Assembly (NCBI GenBank): GCA_026026165.1
Contig: JAPEUD010000017.1
Span: 1 to 64,000 of the forward strand
Length of the DNA: 64,000 nucleotides
Direction of reading: 5' to 3'
From: Sarea resinae
Lineage: Eukaryota
Shown: one piece after another, positions 58,939 to 64,000 of the stretch
How positions within the stretch are numbered: the stretch's first letter is position 1
Layout: every line of letters starts with the position of its first letter
Program-made: the position numbers and the translations under genes
Notes under the pieces: model-generated
Told to the model about the DNA's origin: nothing
What the model saw: the letters and a program-made list of their open reading frames with translations, nothing else
Databases searched by the model: none

Positions 58939-61900
58939 TTACTTCTTGGGCAACTCTCTGAACACCCGTCTGAAGATCTCCCGGCTCTTGTAAAGGTTCA
59001 ACAACCTCAGTCTCTCATTGTCTAGATGCGCACTATCGCTCGCCTGACCACACGGTAGCTGAGCGGCTGGGGCTCCAAATTCTTTTTCGAGGAAGCGGAT
59101 GGACGGGATGGTTCCGCCCTCTCGGATGTAGAGCGGTTTGCGAAGACGGGGCTCAGAGGATGACGACATAGTTGGTTCTATGGTTTCGATGGCAGATTCG
59201 GGAGATGTGGACGTCTGAGAGGCCATAGCGATGGAAGAATGATCGGAGCCATTCGCAAGGGTGGAGGAGGTAGCAGGGACGGGTTTGGTCGATGCAGATG
59301 AAGGAGACGAAAGTGAAGTTTTGCCATTTGTAGACTTCCGCATCGGTGCAGTATATCGACCGGGTGGTGCGGAGTTACGCCTTCCTTCGTCGATGGGACC
59401 CCAGACTTCCATGATAGCCTCTTCGAGGGTCTGGAAGATTTCATTCTCTGGGTCACCGAGCCAGGGATCGGCTTGGTGGTCGATGCTGATCGAAAGTCGA
59501 TTCTTGGTCTGCAACGCCTCGAATTGCTCTTCCAGGAATTTTATGAGTGCTTCCCGCACTTGGGACATTTCCTGGTCGGGGACCAGACGGATAGATATGG
59601 TAGCGGATGCGAGGCGCGGAATGATGGTTGAGTTCTCTGGCCCGGAGATCTTGAAGCGATGGATTGTGAGGGATGCGTTTCGCCATCTGCTCATTAGGGA
59701 TGCTGTTAGTGTTTCGGGGGTGCCTAGACTGGGGTTTTGATGGAGAAGGGCGTTGGTGATGGCAACGTAGCGTTCTTCTTCTGCTTCTGTGATGGGAAGT
59801 ACGGGATCATAGAAGCCAGGAATTTGAACGTGTCCATTGGGTCCTGTCAGCTTAGATAGAAGCATCACCAGGTCTTTGAGCGATTCGTCTAGTAGCTCAC
59901 TGCCGTCGACACCGCTGTGCAAGTCAGGATGATCGCTTTCTACTTGCACTGTAGCTTGGACCACGCCACGGAGACCATAGGTCAGACACGGAATCTCATC
60001 ATCTAGCCAGTAGCTGTTCGCCAGAAGGATCCAGTCTATGTCGCCGATGATGTGCTTGTTCCTCCTAATAGCCTGCTCGAACCCTCGAGATCCACACTCT
60101 TCTTCGCCTTCGATAAGAAAGATGATATCGGAATCGAGTGTCTGCTCGGATACGAGATCAGCTACGGCGTAGAGAGCAGCCAACACAGGCCCTTTGTTGT
60201 CAGAGACTCCACGACCGTAAAGATAGCCATTGATTCCCTCCAAGGTAAATGGGTCGACAATCCACTTTTTCTGTTCGTTTTCGGCCGCGATAACATCATA
60301 ATGGCCATAGAAAAGAATCTTTTTCCGATGAGCTGATTCGGAAGGGTTTCCATGGAATTTCGCAAACACGACTGGATTGTTGTGATTTTCAGTAGTCAGC
60401 ATTTCTGTCGTCGCCCCAAAGCGCTTGAATAGCGTGCGAAGGTATGTTGCTCCACGCCGACAATCAGCCGAATACTGCGGATTTGAAGAGACTGTCCTAT
60501 ACGATATCAACTTTGCGAGAGATCCGAGAAGTTGCTCTAATCCCTAATCAGCCATGTTGCCCAAGATCATCACAGGCAGCATTTATTTACCATTGCTTGT
60601 CTTTGGAGTACCCACAGGTACAGGTTCGCAGTCGCTGACGTTCCAAATAGCAACGCAGTCATCATTACCACCAGTGACGAAGATGCGCTGCCCGTTGTAA
60701 GATGCAACGGCAGATGCAAGAATCAAGCCTTCGTGTGCTTGCCATCGGCTGAGGCATTCATATCTCTGGTTGAATTTCTGCAAGGAAATGAGCTTCAGCG
60801 CAAAGGAAGATGGACAGAGTCCAGTGTACCTTGGCGAATCCAGTAGCTCCACCACTGAAGATGAACCCTCCACCAACAGATATTGTCAAGACATCATCTC
60901 GATGTGCCTTCACACTACGAACAAGCTGGCGAGTGTCGAGATCCCAGATGTTGATGTCTCCTTCCAAAAGACCGCTATAGAGAAATGTGCCATCCAGTGC
61001 CAGAGTGAGGACTGAATTATCACCATTTTCGAGGACTCCGATCTCAGAAATTGCACCACCCGCTTCGGCATCCAAGCTCCATAGCTTTATCGTGCCGTCG
61101 CCGCCGCCCGATATGAGCACATCTTCGTCTGGGCCATCTCTGTCGAGACCTTTGATCAAGGCCATGCAGTAGACGTATCCATAATGTGCGTACTGCACGA
61201 TGTTCTCCTTGTCGATCTCAAGGTCCTTTCCGCCCTGCGCTCGCAGACCGGCCTCTCCGGATGACGCCGGCCGGGGAGTAGAGATGCCTCCAGGTCCTTT
61301 GGAATCAAAGAATCGATGATTGCGGAAGGATGGATGAGACACAGGGTTGGGGGCAGGTCGAGAGTCTTTCTGCTTCAAGTCGTACCACTACAATCATCCG
61401 AGTCAGTATTCTGCAAGTCTTCCCGGGGACCGGATGAGCCTATACCTGAATGCTAGTGTTTTGCGCACCAAAGTAAGCCGTGTCGAGAGCCGCAGAGTAT
61501 GCGACGCAGAAGACGTCACCAACATCATAGGTCGAATAGATGGAATAGAGCCGATTTAAGTTCTTAGCACACCAAACCTGCAAAAGTGTCAATGCCGATC
61601 TCGAACATTGGGCATTCAGCGCTCACATTGATTATTGCATCCCCAGCGCTCGAAAAAAGAAGCTTGTTTTCTGGCGACAGGCACAGACACAGGACGCTCC
61701 CCCGGTGAGCGAAGACCGTCGAGATGAGCTCATAAGTCTCCAAAGACCAGACCTGGTCCGGTCAGTGGGAAGCCTTCGTGAAGCCTCTCCAAAGCTTACC
61801 AGTATCTCTCCACCCTGTGTTCCTGCAAAAATATGCTGGTCCGAGACGGCTAACGAGAGGATCGATCGATTGTGCTTGACCCGGTGGAAGAGCGTCGGCG

Positions 61901-62042
61901 ATCCGCTCGCGGCCTGTGACAACCGTCTTCGCCCTCGCGAAGCTGGGCCATCGATGACATCTTTGCCGGCATCTGAGTCTCCATGGTCAGTATCAATCAT
62001 CTCATCCTGCCTCGAGCCGAGGAAATGCGAATCGTCCGCCAT
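58939..62042 (-). CDS. DUG2: WD40 + M20 metallopeptidase-like protein of glutathione degradation
   Basis: N-terminal WD40 repeats (HYGYVYCM, LISGGGDGTIKLW, VTGGNDDCVAIW) and an M20 domain (YGHYDV, GRGVSDNKGP, EGEEECGS, DLHSG, IREGGTIP, AHLDNER); several introns. Confidence 0.93.
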
Positions 62043-62780
62043 GGCGAGACAAGGAAAGCTGATCAGACATGATGAGGAATCACCATGGGTATTTCACGCG
62101 GTCTCCAGCCAAGGCGCAAGCGACTCGCGGCGGGAACCTTTCCTTTCCGACCTTAGATGGCCCACCGGAGGAGCAAGCAAGGCCGGATCGCAACGAAAGA
62201 AGCCTAAGAATGCGCTTAGAGGGGGTCGACGACTTACCGAGTCCACAGGGCTGAGGCGGCGGCCTACTTGACGGCGAACAGATGAAACTATTCTGTTTGG
62301 TCGGCGAGGCAGGGGAGCGGCTGTTATGTAATGCAAAACTCATCGGGAGGGTTCAATGATGGAATAGGCACAGATGAGAGCCAATTGCTGCGTGGAGAGC
62401 GGCAAGTTCAGTGTTGTCTTCGTTGATTTCTTTGGGTGGGCAAGCGTGAGCACCTCCAGCAGCGAAGTTGGTACTGCGCAGTAGGGTAGCACACCTTCCG
62501 TCGGATACCACCCAAGCACTGCAGAGTGGTAGGATACTTGAGCTATCGAGAAGACGAGTCGACGATATTGAAGCTCTCTGAAGAAAACACGGCGAGCACT
62601 GCAGATGAGAAAAGGTCGGCCGGAGATTGTCGCCCTTGATAGGTCACCGCCCTGGATTGCACCACAGCTTGGCCAATGGTGCAATTCACCCTACAGCAAG
62701 AGCAGATGAGTCGATGGACCTTTTATCACGCAGAGGGGCACACGGTCAGGTAAGGCGTCCGTCACATTGAATGAGTATTG

Positions 62781-62787
62781 TGAGTCA
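62781..62787. promoter_or_regulatory. TGAGTCA Gcn4/CpcA (AP-1)-type site upstream of DUG2
   Basis: Perfect consensus about 740 bp upstream of the DUG2 ATG; a single 7-mer could be chance. Confidence 0.25.
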
Positions 62788-63636
62788 ACCCGGCGACGGT
62801 ACTGCGCCGTCGATCTGATATCGATCAAGAGACGAGCAAGAGACGAGCGTTCTGGCCCAACTACGGATCGCTTTTTGCTTCTTCCAAGGGATAAATGTAT
62901 CCATGTATACACGATCGCCGATGGTGCCACGGACTCGACGATATCGTTGCACCTAGTCGATGATCCTCTCCTTGCAATCGTGTTCCTGACGCGCACATTT
63001 CGAGGTCAAGACCCTTGGTCTCGTCGTGATAATCGATCCCGTCGCGTCAGTCATCTCCGGCTACCCGAATTGTGACCGAGCGACCACATGGAACCCAGCC
63101 GACGAGACTGATGCAGAATGTGTCCAGGACTCCAGCTCACCTTCGTCCCGTACGGAGTACTGCATGCACCGATCGGACCTTACCGTGGTCGATAATGTGG
63201 CAATCGAGAAAAGCATCGCTGCCTGATCGGCAGAGTAAGCTGCTCCCAGTAGATCTTCCACTGAACTGAACCCAAGAACGAATGCTCCTGCCTTTTGGTC
63301 CATTTGCACCGCCTGACCGCCTTTCCGCCATTGTCGCTTAGCCCAGGGACTCGCTATCGGCTTATCAGATGTGTGGCTGAGCAAGCCGCCCATTCATTAT
63401 GACAGCCACACCGCCCCCATGCTTCAGTAATGTACTCGGAGTACATTTCATACATACGGAGTAGACCAAGGACGGGCGCTTGATCATTGATCCGCTTCAC
63501 CCCTTCTCCCCTCTCCCCTCTCCCCTCCCCGAACTGACGGCCCACGGTGCTCAGCGAATCGCCAAAGTCAAAGAGGTGAAGCTGCTACCGCTGCATGAAA
63601 CTAGGTCAGCCGTGACAGCCTCTCTTGGGCGAGCAA

Positions 63637-63978
63637 TCAGAGCATGACAACACAGGACTTGCACGTAGCAGCTGTTTCGTCTCGTCTTCCCTCGTCTCCC
63701 CTCGTCTCGTTAACCCTCCATGGAGCCATCCTTCCCAGATTCCCTGTCTCCGTTCGTCTCGAGCAACTGGTAACCTGGCTACCTACCTGGGAAACCTGGC
63801 ACACCCTTCTTGAAGGTGGCTGAGCCTTCCACCACGACGTCAATTCACTGACCTCGTCGATAATATCATCATCAGTTGCCTCAGTCTTTGTTTGGTGGAG
63901 GCATTGCTTTGAAGTTTGGCGCTCATTTGTCCCTGATCCGAACTCTTTGTCCTCGCGCGGCTTAAAGAAATTCAGCAA
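63637..63978 (-). CDS. Possible 3' end of a gene extending beyond the window
   Basis: Open frame near the right edge without a true ATG or any recognisable domain. Confidence 0.2.
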   Translation of the reverse strand: MLNFFKPREDKEFGSGTNERQTSKQCLHQTKTEATDDDIIDEVSELTSWWKAQPPSRRVCQVSQVGSQVTSCSRRTETGNLGRMAPWRVNETRGDEGRRDETAATCKSCVVML

Positions 63979-64000
63979 TTCCTTCCATTTATTCCAGAAG

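Noticed and set aside
62060..63630. Short ORFs upstream of DUG2
   Set aside because: Overlapping in many frames with no recognisable motif; treated as intergenic.

Overview
Eukaryotic, intron-rich genomic DNA from a filamentous ascomycete (Pezizomycotina), judged from GT-AG introns with CTRAY branch points, Zn2Cys6 transcription factors and fungal orthologue motifs. The ORF track is fragmented by introns, so gene models were rebuilt by hand and are unverified by RNA data. About 21 protein-coding genes are supported: a Cys-finger/RGG protein, an Mx-like dynamin, KRS1, COX15, a BTB protein, a GMPPA-type mannose-1-phosphate guanylyltransferase, a RING-H2 protein, a bZIP-like plus Zn2Cys6 protein, ataxin-10/CTR86, SWF1, RAP1, a phenolic acid decarboxylase, a sugar porter, PKR1, SMD1, MTQ2, ERT1/acuK, a DHA1 MFS transporter, a five-exon C2H2 gene and DUG2. 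The main anomaly is a roughly 9 kb accessory island (about 49.9-58.7 kb) between the MFS gene and DUG2. It is AT/TpA-rich and full of stop codons (RIP-like), holds a degenerate gene with ordered Upf1-like SF1 helicase motif relics, and ends in an intact C2H2 gene. Other signals: a recurring intergenic 9-mer TACGGAGTA, SSR-rich and GC3-rich convergent junctions, a structured SMD1 intron, and a Nextera/Tn5 adapter remnant at bases 1-14. No rRNA, tRNA or CRISPR array was seen.
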